Part shown: in pieces, positions 52,436-63,650 of the stretch
Layout of the letters: every line of letters starts with the position of its first letter
How positions within the stretch are numbered: the first letter of the stretch is position 1
The notes under the pieces: model-generated
Databases searched by the model: none
What the model saw: the letters and a program-made list of their open reading frames with translations, nothing else
Told to the model about the DNA's origin: nothing
Position numbers and translations under genes: made by a program
NCBI GenBank assembly: GCA_048013815.1
Contig: CM106586.1
Coordinates: forward strand, 11,780,001-11,844,000
Length of the DNA: 64,000 nt
DNA from: Setoptus koraiensis
Taxonomy: Eukaryota > Animalia > Arthropoda
Direction of reading: 5' to 3'

Positions 52436-52478
52436 CTGCTAGAGGCGCTGACGCGGGAAAACAGCGCCCCCTAGAGAG
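52436..52478. promoter_or_regulatory. Palindromic GC element with an E2F-like site and a CTCF-like motif upstream of CHMP2B
   Basis: GGCGCTG...CAGCGCC stem enclosing GCGGGAAA (reverse complement TTTCCCGC); minus-strand CTCTAGGGGGCGCTG. Confidence 0.4.
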
Positions 52479-52991
52479 TACGTTGACAACAGTCGCGCAC
52501 ATTTACATTTTACTGCCAGCATTGCTGGCGCAACAAACTCGATCAGCTGACGTTTTAAATAGAAAATAAACAATAACAACAATAAGCAAATCATGTTGTC
52601 ATTGTGATTTATTATTACACTCTATTCAACGTCAAAAATGACTCATTGTTTCGCTAGTTATCACTTTTTGACCATTAGTAATATAGTTATAGCTATACTC
52701 AACGGTTACCAGTAATTGAACAACCCTAAGAGATATTTTAACAGTATTAATACAACATAATGTCCATGAAAAAGTAGTAGCGAGCCAAAGCATCAAATTT
52801 CACCGACTTATCTTGTATCGTAAAACTAATAAACAGTGTTTGTCAGTTTGTAATAACACAGCGAGATTGTTCAAATTGAAAGCCCGCATACCGCCCCTCT
52901 TTAAGATTAGCAAACCGCCAACAAGCCTTCCGTGATCTTTACCCACGCCTCATACCCTGCTGCATTACTATCATACTGTTCCGAAGCCAAG

Positions 52992-54039
52992 ATGCCACTC
53001 AGTGATATCTTTAAGTCGAAGAAACAACTGGAAGAAGGTGAGTCGAATCAGTGAGGCACCTTGTACAAAACAAACGGACGGAGGCGCCTGTTTAGTTTGC
53101 CTAGTTTTATGTCCACTGCTATCATAGCAGCTGATCAACGTGAGGCTCAGATATCTGTGGGGCACAAGCACTCTCGTGTCCTGTAAAGTTTAGTTCAACT
53201 AATGACTATACTACCATTCTGTTTATCAACAATCAATAACAGAACAGGCCAAAGAGCAAAAGCGAGAGCTCAGGGCGGCCAATCGGTCCTGCGATAGAAT
53301 ACAAGCTGATCTTGACAGACAGGCAAAAGAACTCGAAGCTCAGATAAAGAAGGCAGCCGCCAAGGGGGACAACACGTTGGCTAAGACTTTAGGTTAGTAT
53401 ACCGATCAATCTGCAACAATACTTTGCTGCCGTTAATCGATTAAACTTCAAATGATTCATTGATTACCGGCTTGACTTTATCCGCCATGAGCGGGCCTAA
53501 CAATCACTTAAGTTTGCCAATCACTCTCAACTTTTTCTTTGCCCCCATATCTGTGCTTATATCGTATGTCCATCATTGTATGTATAGCAAAGCAACTCAT
53601 CAAGGTTCGCAATGAGAAAGTTCGCGCTTTAGGTGCGAAATCACAGATAAATGCCGTTACTAGTCATGCAAACTCAATGAAAGCCAATCAAAAGTTGGCC
53701 ACGGTTATGGCATCAACAGCGGGCGCAATGAGCAAAATGAATCAGGCTCTTAATCCGCAACAATTGGCACAACAAGTAAATCAATTCCAGCAAGAGAGCA
53801 CCAAGATGGAGATGAAGGGCGAAACGATTGAGGATGCCTTCGATGAGTTGTTTAGTAACAGCGATGAAGAGGCCGAAGGAGATGCAATTATGAATCAAGT
53901 ATTAGACGAAATAGGAGTGGAATTAAACGCTAAATTGTCTACTGCACCTATGCCTGCACGTACGCAAATGGTTGGTCAAGCAACATCAAGTGCCAAAGAT
54001 GACGAGCTTCTCAAGCAATTGGAGAGGCTCAAGCATTAG
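52992..54039 (+). CDS. CHMP2B: ESCRT-III subunit CHMP2B (Snf7/Vps2 family), 215 aa, 3 exons
   Basis: Exons 52992-53037, 53243-53392 and 53588-54039 (GT-AG introns, 648 nt in frame): MPLSDIFKSKKQLEEEQAKEQKRELR...LAKQLIKVR...FQQESTKMEM..ETIEDAFDELF..SDEEAEGDAIMNQVLDEIG.E..AKLSTAP. Confidence 0.93.
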
Positions 54040-56030
54040 TGAAAGAAGGCTTGAAAAAGTGCACCGACTAACACTTGACAACTTGGTCTCTAAATGGACG
54101 AACTTAAAAAGTAGATAAACAAGCAACGTGTGATATATGTGTAAACACAACAATTACTGTCCATGGTTGTTGTTATTAATTTGTTGCCAACTTAACATTG
54201 TATATAACACTCACGACACAATGATCTGCAAAGCCGATTCGTGAATGATGTTGTTACAAAGTGCAATTAAACTGTTGTCAGTTGTGAAAGTGTGTGGAAG
54301 ATAAATATTTAGAATAGATGGAGATTCTCGCGCTTACTCCTACTCAAATAACTTTTTCTTCTAGCATAGATACCAGCACCATAGATACCGGTAAAACAGA
54401 CCATCTCTTACTAACAATCAACCTGACAAATATTCAGGCATTATGAGTAGTTGTGTCCGGATTCAGTAGATAGTTTTCTTGGTTGGTTTAGTGTGTCGCC
54501 TCGATTTGTCTCTGTTGTATAGAGCGTCGTGCAGCTAATTTCAAGCGGTGGTCAGCTGTCGGCTGACCACTGGCAAGCTAGTCAAAGGGAAAATCCTTTC
54601 CCTTTATCTTGTGTTACAATCTGTTTGTTCCACGTATGGCCTGCACAATATACAAACGGAATAAGAGTAGTTGCTTTAGTGGCGCCAAATATTCAACACT
54701 TGTTGTGTCGCTCAATGGGTCTGACCAGCTTACACATACGAAAACATTATTCCTATTACATAATCGCGTAATATTTCTCACCCGTCTTCACTCGCCGCTC
54801 GATCGCTTTACTGGCTAGATTGCTATGTTGGTAAATACTGATATAAAGATATCATCGTCATTGTTGTACTCAGATGTAGAGCCGCATGCAATGCATGCCG
54901 CCAACGGGGAGGCTAATATTCAAGTGTTTGCAGCCAGCCACTTGCAGATTTAATTTCGAATCAACTCTCTTTTTCTCCCTGTCATCATGATGGGCATACA
55001 TGCATATCTCAAGCGTGTTTTTGCTGTCCAGCCATTTGGCGTGTTTTGAATGCACAACTGAATGTTCAACAGTTAGATGCTAATGCCAGTGAACATTGAG
55101 TGTACTAAATCCAGGCAAATCGTAGGGCTTGCAGATAAAACCGTTTTTATAGTGTATTAAATATAGTTGCTCGGGTTCATTAGATGAATGGTCGTCGTCA
55201 GTGACAGTAGTTTTTTCGTGAGTACCCGTTGCTGTTGCTTCCTTTTGATCGCCTTATCTAATCCACTTGCTCTCTTATCTCATCATCACCAGCTGAGTCT
55301 TAATCTTCGGACGGACTCACACAGACTCTATAGTGGTCATTGTCACCATGCGATAGTCATCATTTAGACTCCGATAACAGACGCACTTAGAATGGCCGCC
55401 ATGAAAGCAAAAGGAATCCATTGAAGATTTCTGATAAATTGGTTGCTCGTATCTCACTGTGATGGCGCAACTTATATGGCTACAGTATTGTGTAGCGTGT
55501 TCCACGCTAGGTGATAGTCGGCGAGGCACCAACAATGGATAAACAAGGCATGTGACACTGGCGTCTCGTACGTAATTACGTTTGCATTTAGGCAATGTAT
55601 AACGGCAATACTTGTGGATTTACCTGTTGCGGCGGCGCTCAAGAATAGACACCGGCGGCGGCGTATGTTGCAGCATTCTTTGGCCGCCGGTGTGAGATGC
55701 CATTGGGAGCCGCTTCTCTTTCTTCTTCTTCTTTTTCTAGTCGGACATAGTTAACACAGTCGTCCGGTCACACGATGATAATCGCCGTCGCAACTATCAC
55801 TTGATCGCCACTCGCCATTGAGTCGCTGTCACTTGAATGGCCGACCAGCAACAACAGCAACAGCAACAACAGCAACAACAGCAACGGTAACATTCTTGTT
55901 ATTTTTGGAGGCGCACATTCCAATGTCTAATGGTTACATCAGCGACCAGTGTGAGCGCGTGGCCCTCATGCTGGCTCGCTTTTTATACTATCTGTATATT
56001 ACTACTTGTGAGTATATCGTTGTTGCTAAT

Positions 56031-56032
<2 letters not shown>

Positions 56033-56095
<63 letters not shown>
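56033..56095. repeat. (GT)n microsatellite; a second array lies at about 56295-56345
   Basis: Long TG dinucleotide runs. Confidence 0.95.
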
Positions 56096-56097
<2 letters not shown>

Positions 56098-56292
56098 TAC
56101 AATAGCTCGCATCTCCACAATGGACAATGCCCCAGAAAGATTAGATACTCGAATGCGCCGAGAAGAAGACCATAAGCACCTGAGGTAGTAGTTGGCTCAA
56201 GTTCAACGGCAACAACAACGACACTAGCCACACATGATCAGATTATTATTATTTGCAAACTTCCTTCCCCGGTGCGCCCGTTCACCTGTGTG

Positions 56293-56346
<54 letters not shown>

Positions 56347-56867
56347 TTTGGTGGCTGTAGATGGTGACTGGATAGTGATACACATGTGAGCAGGCCAAAA
56401 GAACAAGTCACAGTCATGGTTGTTGGATCATTAATGGCGGTTGGCGATGGAAAGGAATCGACTGCATTGGTGAACGCATGAACATGAAACATATATAAAA
56501 ATACGAGACGACGAAAAGTGCTGTTACGCAGGCCACAGCGTGAGTTTGATAGGCCCGTTTCGAATAGGTAAAGCGAACGCTTCTTTTTAAGTTTATAAAC
56601 CTCCTCCTCCTCCTTTGCCGCTCTCAACGATTGAACGCACTATGAATGATGATCGGTTTGGTCTCCATTTTGGTTCGTTTAAGCGCTACTAGCGCCACCA
56701 GATGAACCATGAGCGAGCAAGGAAATGCAGTGATAGCAGACACTTACTTCTTTGAACAGGTAAGTAACAGGAACTTGAATGGTCAGTTTGCGCTTACTTC
56801 CACCTGTCCTGATGGCACACTAGTGGTAGTAATAATAATTGCATTACTATACTTAACCGAGGCTGCA

Positions 56868-56948
56868 TTACCACTAATAGTAATAGTAATAGTAATAATA
56901 GTAATAATAATAGTAATAATAATAATAATAGTAATAATAATAATAATG
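56868..56948. repeat. (TAA/TAG)n trinucleotide repeat
   Basis: TAATAGTAATAATA array; it explains the poly-Ile/Val ORF translation here. Confidence 0.9.
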
Positions 56949-58663
56949 ATGCGCCGACTAAATTCTAGTCATTGCCTTCTCTTTGCACACACGCATACAC
57001 TTGCTTACACGTTGAATCGAGAGATGTATCAAGGGGAATGAATCACTATTGTGCAAGGTGTCTCACTTGTGTATATAAACAACAGACAATGAATAAACAG
57101 ACCGGAGCTCTAACAACTCTCAAATCTATGATTATTGTTGCTGTTGGCTGGATGCGCTCAGCAATAGTTGAGATCTTAAGAGATCTTGAGCCTCCATTGC
57201 GAACAACATCACACATTAACATAATATACGTAATATGTATGTAATGCCAAAGGGAACCAATGGCTCAGCGTACCTTTGGTATTGTACAGTGCCAGTAAGA
57301 GCAATAATAATGATATGCACAATAAACACCATCTATCTCCCATTGGTCAGTTTTTGTTCATTCATCAGACATAAACGCACTAGTGTTACTTGATGAGTGA
57401 CCATGGTCTATGCTCGATACAATGGCTGCTTTTCAGCTAGCTATGCCCTACCTAACCTAACACACGTATGCCAACTATAACTAGAGTATATTTAGTAGTA
57501 GAAGTAGCAGCAGTAGTGGTGATGGTGGTGGCGGTGGCGGCGGTAAATGATGAAATTGAACTTGATCCTCTCCCAATCTTCATTATCATGACACGCGCTC
57601 AATCATTTGTCCAATTTACCTGCATCTTATTAGCTTTATTTTGCCATATCCAAGCTAACACTTGATATCATTTGATCAGTCTCGACCTTGATAAATGGGC
57701 GATGCATAATGATTAGGCCATAGTCAACGCCTCCACAGGCAATGGTGCGGTCAGTTAGGCAGATGAACAGAGCACAGGGCGAGCAGGGATACAAACACTA
57801 TCTACTTGCCATCACTAGCTGGCGAGTTACCAAGAGAAATTCCTCTTTGCACTATTCGATCGACAGATTGTTTTCATTTCATTGAGGCTGCTCTTATTCA
57901 GAACCAATATACACTTCCATCTTTCTCTATATCCTCGCTCTCAAGCACAGCTTTCTAAGAGAATGATGTTCCGCCACTGATTAACCTCCAATCGGATTGA
58001 CTGCTATATCAGGAATGGATTCATGCTTCGTGATCGCCTTTCTTTTATCACCGGACTGTCTTTTTTTCGCCTCCGTTGTTGAGATACAATAGTTGAGCTC
58101 GTGACATTTTAATTCACTCACAATTTTGCCTCCCAAGCCTCTGAGTACTTTCACATGGCTAAGATCGAAGGTAGAACTTGTAACTTAGCTATCTATGTAT
58201 AAAGTCAGGGGTCGATCGACCATCCAAGATCCAAGAGAGGGAGACAGAGATAGCGATAGAGAGGGAGCTGGGAGCCAAAACGGGATTACAGAATATAGCT
58301 GCATCAGGGGAGCCTCCCTCGGTCGCTGAACAAAAAAAAACAAGATTTAAATTGGCCGGCTTTTTCCGCTCTGGCTAGTGCTGTTATTGTAACATGTGCA
58401 GGCGGGCTGATAGTTTCTTTCATTATCACTCTCAGCTAACCTTTTAGCTGAGAGTGAGGATCACCTAGGCCACTTTGCAAGCTGACTAATCAAGCCTCTC
58501 TGTCAAGCCCATCGTTTCACCAGTCCTTCTTTCCATTTATCTATTTTTGGCCAGTCATTGAAATTTATCAATTACACTGATTTGTTCCCCGGAATTTTCA
58601 AAATTAACAACAAATGAGATTGTATCTCAACCCAATCCACCTCTTATATCCACTGCTTATATT

Positions 58664-60061
58664 ATGATGAACTATGCCAAGCTTTTGAAAGTAGCTATAG
58701 TTGGAAGTGGACCGGCAGGATTCTACACGGCACAAAAATTGCTTAAAAACCCAAAGATTTGTGTGGACATATTTGAAAAATTGCCAGTTCCATTTGGACT
58801 AGTTAGATATGGAGTGGCCCCCGATCATGCCGAAGTGAAGAATGTAATTAAATCCTTTACCAGTGTAGCAAACGGCAATAGAATCAATTTTTTTGGCAAT
58901 GTCAGCATAGGAAAAGATGTAACACTACAAGAATTGTTTTTAGCCTATCATGCCGTTGTATTATGTTATGGCTCCTCTCAAGATAGATATTTAAATATTG
59001 ATGGCGAATCGTCGACCAATGTAGTGTCAGCGAGACAGCTAGTTGGCTGGTACAATGGCGATCCCTCAGACAAGGACCTCAAGCTAAATTTAGATTGTGA
59101 TACTGCTTGCATTGTTGGTCAGGGCAATGTAGCGATAGACTGCGCTAGGATATTGCTCAAACCACAAGGGCTAGATAAAACTGACATAGCCAGTCAAGCC
59201 TTTGCTGAAATAGCCAGAAGTAAAGTCAGGAGGATTGTTATTGTTGGTAGACGAGGACCCGTACAAGTGGCCTTTACCAGAAAGGAATTCGGAGAACTGA
59301 TGAAATTTAATCATTGCTCTATTGACTTCAGTCCTCCAGAGGTCAAGACTCAACTGAACGATATTCAAAATTGTTCAAATCTTTCAAGGCCACGGAGACG
59401 CTTGACGGAACTACTTGCAGACGCTTCAAAGAATCTATCAAATGCTCTTGATAAGGATTTCAAAATAGAATTCTGGTTCATGCGTAGTCCTATAAAAATT
59501 TTACCCAATTCGAATGGGAACGTCGAAAAGATGGTCTTCTCAAAGAATAAATTTCTCTCTAACAGTGACTTTTTCAATGAAACGGCTACGGTGATACCAG
59601 ATCTAAATGACCTAGAAGAACTCAACTGTGGATTAGTAATCAGGAGCATTGGATACAAAGCTATCCTTATAGATCGCATGTTGCCATTTGATCATAGACG
59701 AGGCGTGATAATTAACGAGAATGGTCGAGTTCAAGGATTCACAAACCTCTACTGTAGCGGCTGGTTAGCTACGGGCCCCACCGGAGTGATTGCCAGTACA
59801 ATGCAATCCAGTTTCTCCACAGCACATACCATATTGACGGACATTGATTCAAATTTGCTGCCAGATTTGCGTACCGAAAAGAAGGGCCCCGAGTTAGTTC
59901 TGAAGATTCTTGAGAACAAATCAGTGCAAGTGGTGAAATTCAACGACTGGCTAAAAATAGATAAAATGGAGAAAAAGATTGGCGAATTGATGGGGAAACC
60001 TAGGGAGAAACTCACTGAGCTTAGCGAGATGTTGAAGATAGCCAAAAGTGATCATGAATAG
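58664..60061 (+). CDS. FDXR: NADPH:adrenodoxin oxidoreductase (ferredoxin reductase; Drosophila dare), intronless
   Basis: VAIVGSGPAGFY (FAD-binding), FEKLPVPFGLVRYGVAPDH.EVKNVI, IVGQGNVAIDCARIL (NADP-binding), IVGRRGPVQVAFT.KE, LVIRSIGY, GWLATGPTGVIASTM, PREK. Confidence 0.97.
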   Translation: MMNYAKLLKVAIVGSGPAGFYTAQKLLKNPKICVDIFEKLPVPFGLVRYGVAPDHAEVKNVIKSFTSVANGNRINFFGNVSIGKDVTLQELFLAYHAVVLCYGSSQDRYLNIDGESSTNVVSARQLVGWYNGDPSDKDLKLNLDCDTACIVGQGNVAIDCARILLKPQGLDKTDIASQAFAEIARSKVRRIVIVGRRGPVQVAFTRKEFGELMKFNHCSIDFSPPEVKTQLNDIQNCSNLSRPRRRLTELLADASKNLSNALDKDFKIEFWFMRSPIKILPNSNGNVEKMVFSKNKFLSNSDFFNETATVIPDLNDLEELNCGLVIRSIGYKAILIDRMLPFDHRRGVIINENGRVQGFTNLYCSGWLATGPTGVIASTMQSSFSTAHTILTDIDSNLLPDLRTEKKGPELVLKILENKSVQVVKFNDWLKIDKMEKKIGELMGKPREKLTELSEMLKIAKSDHE

Positions 60062-60173
60062 AATTAGTGATCTCTTGTGCAGTTGTTAGTCTTTTTGTTG
60101 ATTGATTATATTTCATTACGATTTCAATCCTTACAGATCCTGTATGATTTCGTAAAAGATTGAGAATGAGATC

Positions 60174-61028
60174 CTAATTGAGATTATGTGCTAAGACAAA
60201 CATTATATAATAGTTATCGTGATCGACAGTCAATCGGAGTTTTTTGTTATGAGCCACTTCGAAACAGACTCTGGCCTTTTTACTTGGATTGCAATGAGTG
60301 AGAAATGTGGCAAGTTTCTTTGTTTCAACATACACTCCGGCCTCGTCGCGTCTATTGTACTCATTATCTGCGTCGTCTTGAGATGGGAATCCGTTTTCTA
60401 AATCGGATATGCTGACTACAATATCCGAGCCCATCGTGTCACTACGTAGAGTTAAATCGCCACCTTGCTTGGTCCAGATATATATTCTTGGTGGGTTTAA
60501 AACTAGAAATCTCTCTAATATATGCCTTATACGGTACATTTCGTTTATAACGGCCCTAGTATCGTAATCATTGTCCACTCTGAGATCGTCTAATTGCAAC
60601 GTAGAACAAGTTTCGCTTGATTGATGAATAGCTGCGACAGTGTGCGTGACTGTACGAGATCCATTGATATTATCCCTTCTCAACGGCTCTATGATGATAC
60701 GCATTCTACTTCTATCCTTGTGTATGTTTATAGTGACTTTTTTGTTTTGCTGAGCAGCCCCTTTGAGGAGTCTTGCTAATGTGGACGGATTGGCCAATAT
60801 GACGATATGATGATGTGGAGTTCTCAGATTCGGTGTGGTCCTAAACAGGGACGCGTCATCGACTCTCGCCCAAACGTTTGCATTGTTACTTTGTTTCCAA
60901 ATGACTGTGACAGAACGTGAGCCAAGTTTGATGTAGGCCTCCTTTCGAGAGAATTTGGACACCAACGTCAGCACCTTAGACACCATATCTAAACATCTTT
61001 GATCCTCTAGGACAAATTGTATGGGCAT
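60174..61028 (-). CDS. Hus1: Checkpoint clamp (9-1-1) subunit Hus1-like, divergent, 284 aa
   Basis: Length and ordered motifs match recalled Hus1: TLARLLKGAAQ (NLSRALKTAQ), SRTVTHTV (SRIVTHDI), GDLTLRSDT (GELNLKIET), AGVYVETKKLATFL (AEVHIDIRKLLQFL). Identity is low and was judged by eye. Confidence 0.75.
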   Translation of the reverse strand: MPIQFVLEDQRCLDMVSKVLTLVSKFSRKEAYIKLGSRSVTVIWKQSNNANVWARVDDASLFRTTPNLRTPHHHIVILANPSTLARLLKGAAQQNKKVTINIHKDRSRMRIIIEPLRRDNINGSRTVTHTVAAIHQSSETCSTLQLDDLRVDNDYDTRAVINEMYRIRHILERFLVLNPPRIYIWTKQGGDLTLRSDTMGSDIVVSISDLENGFPSQDDADNEYNRRDEAGVYVETKKLATFLTHCNPSKKARVCFEVAHNKKLRLTVDHDNYYIMFVLAHNLN

Positions 61029-61589
61029 GTTGGCGTTGAGCTCTGCTGAAGATAAGCAAAAATATTAACAACAATAATTGTATCATGAAGTCGGATTTTT
61101 AACAAAAAAAAAAATGGATTATTTTGGATTATCACGCCAGCACAAGTTGTGGACTCAAGGCTAGCATCTGTTGCTTCGTTTATCTTGAAAACATTTATTT
61201 CATCAGGCAAAGAACGCGCAAGATGTTCTGCGCTGCTGTGAGCGATGATTGGGGGCTAATGTTGCGCGCACAGGTTGCCCGTGCACGAATTTCGGCGCTC
61301 AGAATGGGCGGTCCTTATGCACGCAACCCGTGAAGCCCGGTTCCCGTTCACTCTCACACGAATTGATGGGTCCGTATTCTAACGTCGGACTGGGGCCCAA
61401 CATACGAGGAAACCTGCCCCACTGATACAATCACTTTTCAATCTAAACTAGCAAAACGTGTCCAACTCAACGGCCTGGACGAGATTTCGCATGTCACATT
61501 GCCCACTTTTGCCAGGTTCGGGCAATATCCTGTTTTTTTCTGGTGCTGTGGGGTTGGTGTGCCGGTAGAAACTCAATGGTTTAGACCAC

Positions 61590-61685
61590 TTTCCGCCAAT
61601 TCTGCCATTTCTACCGTTTCTTCCGTTTGGCAGGAACGGTAGGAACGGCAGAAATGGTTTATACTCTGGCAGAAAATGGTGGAAA
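61590..61685. repeat. Inverted array of 9-bp subrepeats (foldback/MITE-like)
   Basis: TTCTGCCAT-TTCTACCGT-TTCTTCCGT facing GGCAGGAAC-GGTAGGAAC-GGCAGAAAT. Confidence 0.6.
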
Positions 61686-62014
61686 CTCGACTTTCTGCCA
61701 CTTTCCTCCATGGTCGAAATACACTGCTGGAAAAAATTATTTGCACGGTTGGTATTTTCTCGGCAAAACTTGTTCAGTAATATTCCCTCAAATGTCACTC
61801 TTTTGTGCGAGGGCCAGTGCGCGAATTTCAACAATTTCAATTTTGTTCGATACCAGGAAATCATAGGATCACACAGTTTCAGTTAAATCAATCCTTTAAT
61901 CATTCAGTATTCACAACAAGAGATCAATCTATTGCTCATTCTCGGGTGCACCACAGTTCGATGATATACTCTGTAACGGGTGGGGACTAAAAAACAAGAA
62001 CGACGTTGATTCTC

Positions 62015-63150
62015 TATATCTCACGAACAAGTAAGAATTTGAACACTCTTTTTTCACTGGTACAGCATGAGCATATGCTTGTTGTATTGCTTTAATGAAT
62101 TGCTGCTAGAATACCATCTCTAGCACACTTTCTCACTCTCTTTTTGGTCGATGCAAAAGTTCGACGCGCGATGTCTTTGAGTAGGTATCTGTGGCAATAT
62201 TTGATCCTTTTAATTAGATCTTCAATAGATTTCGGCTTTTCTTCGGTATCCCATACCTTGGACTTCAAGATTGACCAATAATCTTCTATGGGTCTGGCTT
62301 GTGGCACGCAAGTTGGATTGTCATCCCAATTGACGAATTTTATCCCATTTTTGGTCAAAGCTTCAATGGTTGCTTTTGAATAGTGACATGAAGCTTTATC
62401 CGGCCAGAATATATACTTACCATCGCCATGATGTTTCTTGATGAATCTGTGCAGCCTAGACAAGCACTCTTTTATGTAAAGCTCTGAGTTGAGAGCATTG
62501 GGGCGCCTCATCACAAAGAGTTCTGATACTCCGCGCTCACTTCCGGCCAACCAAATCATCACTTTTTGGCAGAATTTCTTCCTCTGCTTGTATTTAATGG
62601 CATCTGGAGTTCGATTAGAGTCCGAGGTGTAATAAACATTATTGGTATGGTCCTCAAGCTCAATGTAGCTCTCGTCATCATGAATGACACTCAGTCCTCG
62701 GAACTGTCTCTCGAGTCGCGAACATTGAATCTCCGCTGTTCGGATGGAATTTTCATCTTTATAATAGGGACATTTGATCTTCTTCCTTGGTTTTATATTG
62801 AGTTTAGTCTTCAAGGTTCTATCTACGTGTCTCCTATCACATCCTATTTGGCTGGCTGCTTTCCTAGCGCTGATATTGTCAGTGTTGTCGAATTGTTGTT
62901 TCAAAGATTGGAGCACTTGTGGTGTCATCACAGACACAGGTCGACCAGAACCTGAACTTCTTTTGACTGATTGCCTTGATATGTATCTTGAGATGATGGC
63001 ATACACAGAACTCTGTGGAACTCCTTCATCTGTGAAGTGTTTCACAGTTTTTTGTTTATCTTGCTGGCCGTGATTTTCATAGTAGTGCGCTATGCGCTCG
63101 CGAAGTTGCTCTTGTTTAGAAGCCATTTTTTAAAAAATTTTTGCATAATA
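62015..63150 (-). mobile_element. IS630-Tc1-mariner (ITm) DNA transposon, DD37E type; other end lost in the assembly gap
   Basis: Intact transposase ORF. A candidate terminus TA-TATCTCACGAACAAGTAAGAATTTGAACAC lies about 75 bp past the stop codon; the partner TIR cannot be seen because of the N-run. Confidence 0.8.
62092..63126 (-). CDS. DD37E ITm transposase, 344 aa, uninterrupted
   Basis: Paired-like HTH region (VPQSSVYAIISRY...RSSGSGRP; ISARKAASQIG) and catalytic triad IHDDESY, FWPDKASCHYS, QARPIEDYWSILK. There are 37 residues between the second D and the E by manual count. Confidence 0.93.
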   Translation of the reverse strand: MASKQEQLRERIAHYYENHGQQDKQKTVKHFTDEGVPQSSVYAIISRYISRQSVKRSSGSGRPVSVMTPQVLQSLKQQFDNTDNISARKAASQIGCDRRHVDRTLKTKLNIKPRKKIKCPYYKDENSIRTAEIQCSRLERQFRGLSVIHDDESYIELEDHTNNVYYTSDSNRTPDAIKYKQRKKFCQKVMIWLAGSERGVSELFVMRRPNALNSELYIKECLSRLHRFIKKHHGDGKYIFWPDKASCHYSKATIEALTKNGIKFVNWDDNPTCVPQARPIEDYWSILKSKVWDTEEKPKSIEDLIKRIKYCHRYLLKDIARRTFASTKKRVRKCARDGILAAIH

Positions 63151-63650
63151 NNNNNNNNNNNNNNNNNNNNNNNNNNNNNNNNNNNNNNNNNNNNNNNNNN
63201 NNNNNNNNNNNNNNNNNNNNNNNNNNNNNNNNNNNNNNNNNNNNNNNNNNNNNNNNNNNNNNNNNNNNNNNNNNNNNNNNNNNNNNNNNNNNNNNNNNNN
63301 NNNNNNNNNNNNNNNNNNNNNNNNNNNNNNNNNNNNNNNNNNNNNNNNNNNNNNNNNNNNNNNNNNNNNNNNNNNNNNNNNNNNNNNNNNNNNNNNNNNN
63401 NNNNNNNNNNNNNNNNNNNNNNNNNNNNNNNNNNNNNNNNNNNNNNNNNNNNNNNNNNNNNNNNNNNNNNNNNNNNNNNNNNNNNNNNNNNNNNNNNNNN
63501 NNNNNNNNNNNNNNNNNNNNNNNNNNNNNNNNNNNNNNNNNNNNNNNNNNNNNNNNNNNNNNNNNNNNNNNNNNNNNNNNNNNNNNNNNNNNNNNNNNNN
63601 NNNNNNNNNNNNNNNNNNNNNNNNNNNNNNNNNNNNNNNNNNNNNNNNNN
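63151..63650. other. Assembly gap (500 N)
   Basis: Run of n characters. Confidence 1.

Noticed and set aside
56180-56240. let-7-like 5' sequence TGAGGTAGTAGTTGGCTCAAGTT
   Set aside because: The first 11 nt match let-7, but the downstream sequence cannot form a proper pre-miRNA 3' arm, and no miR-100 or miR-125 neighbours were seen.
3381-61028. Functional clustering of Fe-S genes (HscB, FDXR) or checkpoint genes (Myt1, Hus1)
   Set aside because: The genes are 45-55 kb apart with unrelated genes between them; co-occurrence in a compact eukaryotic genome is expected by chance.
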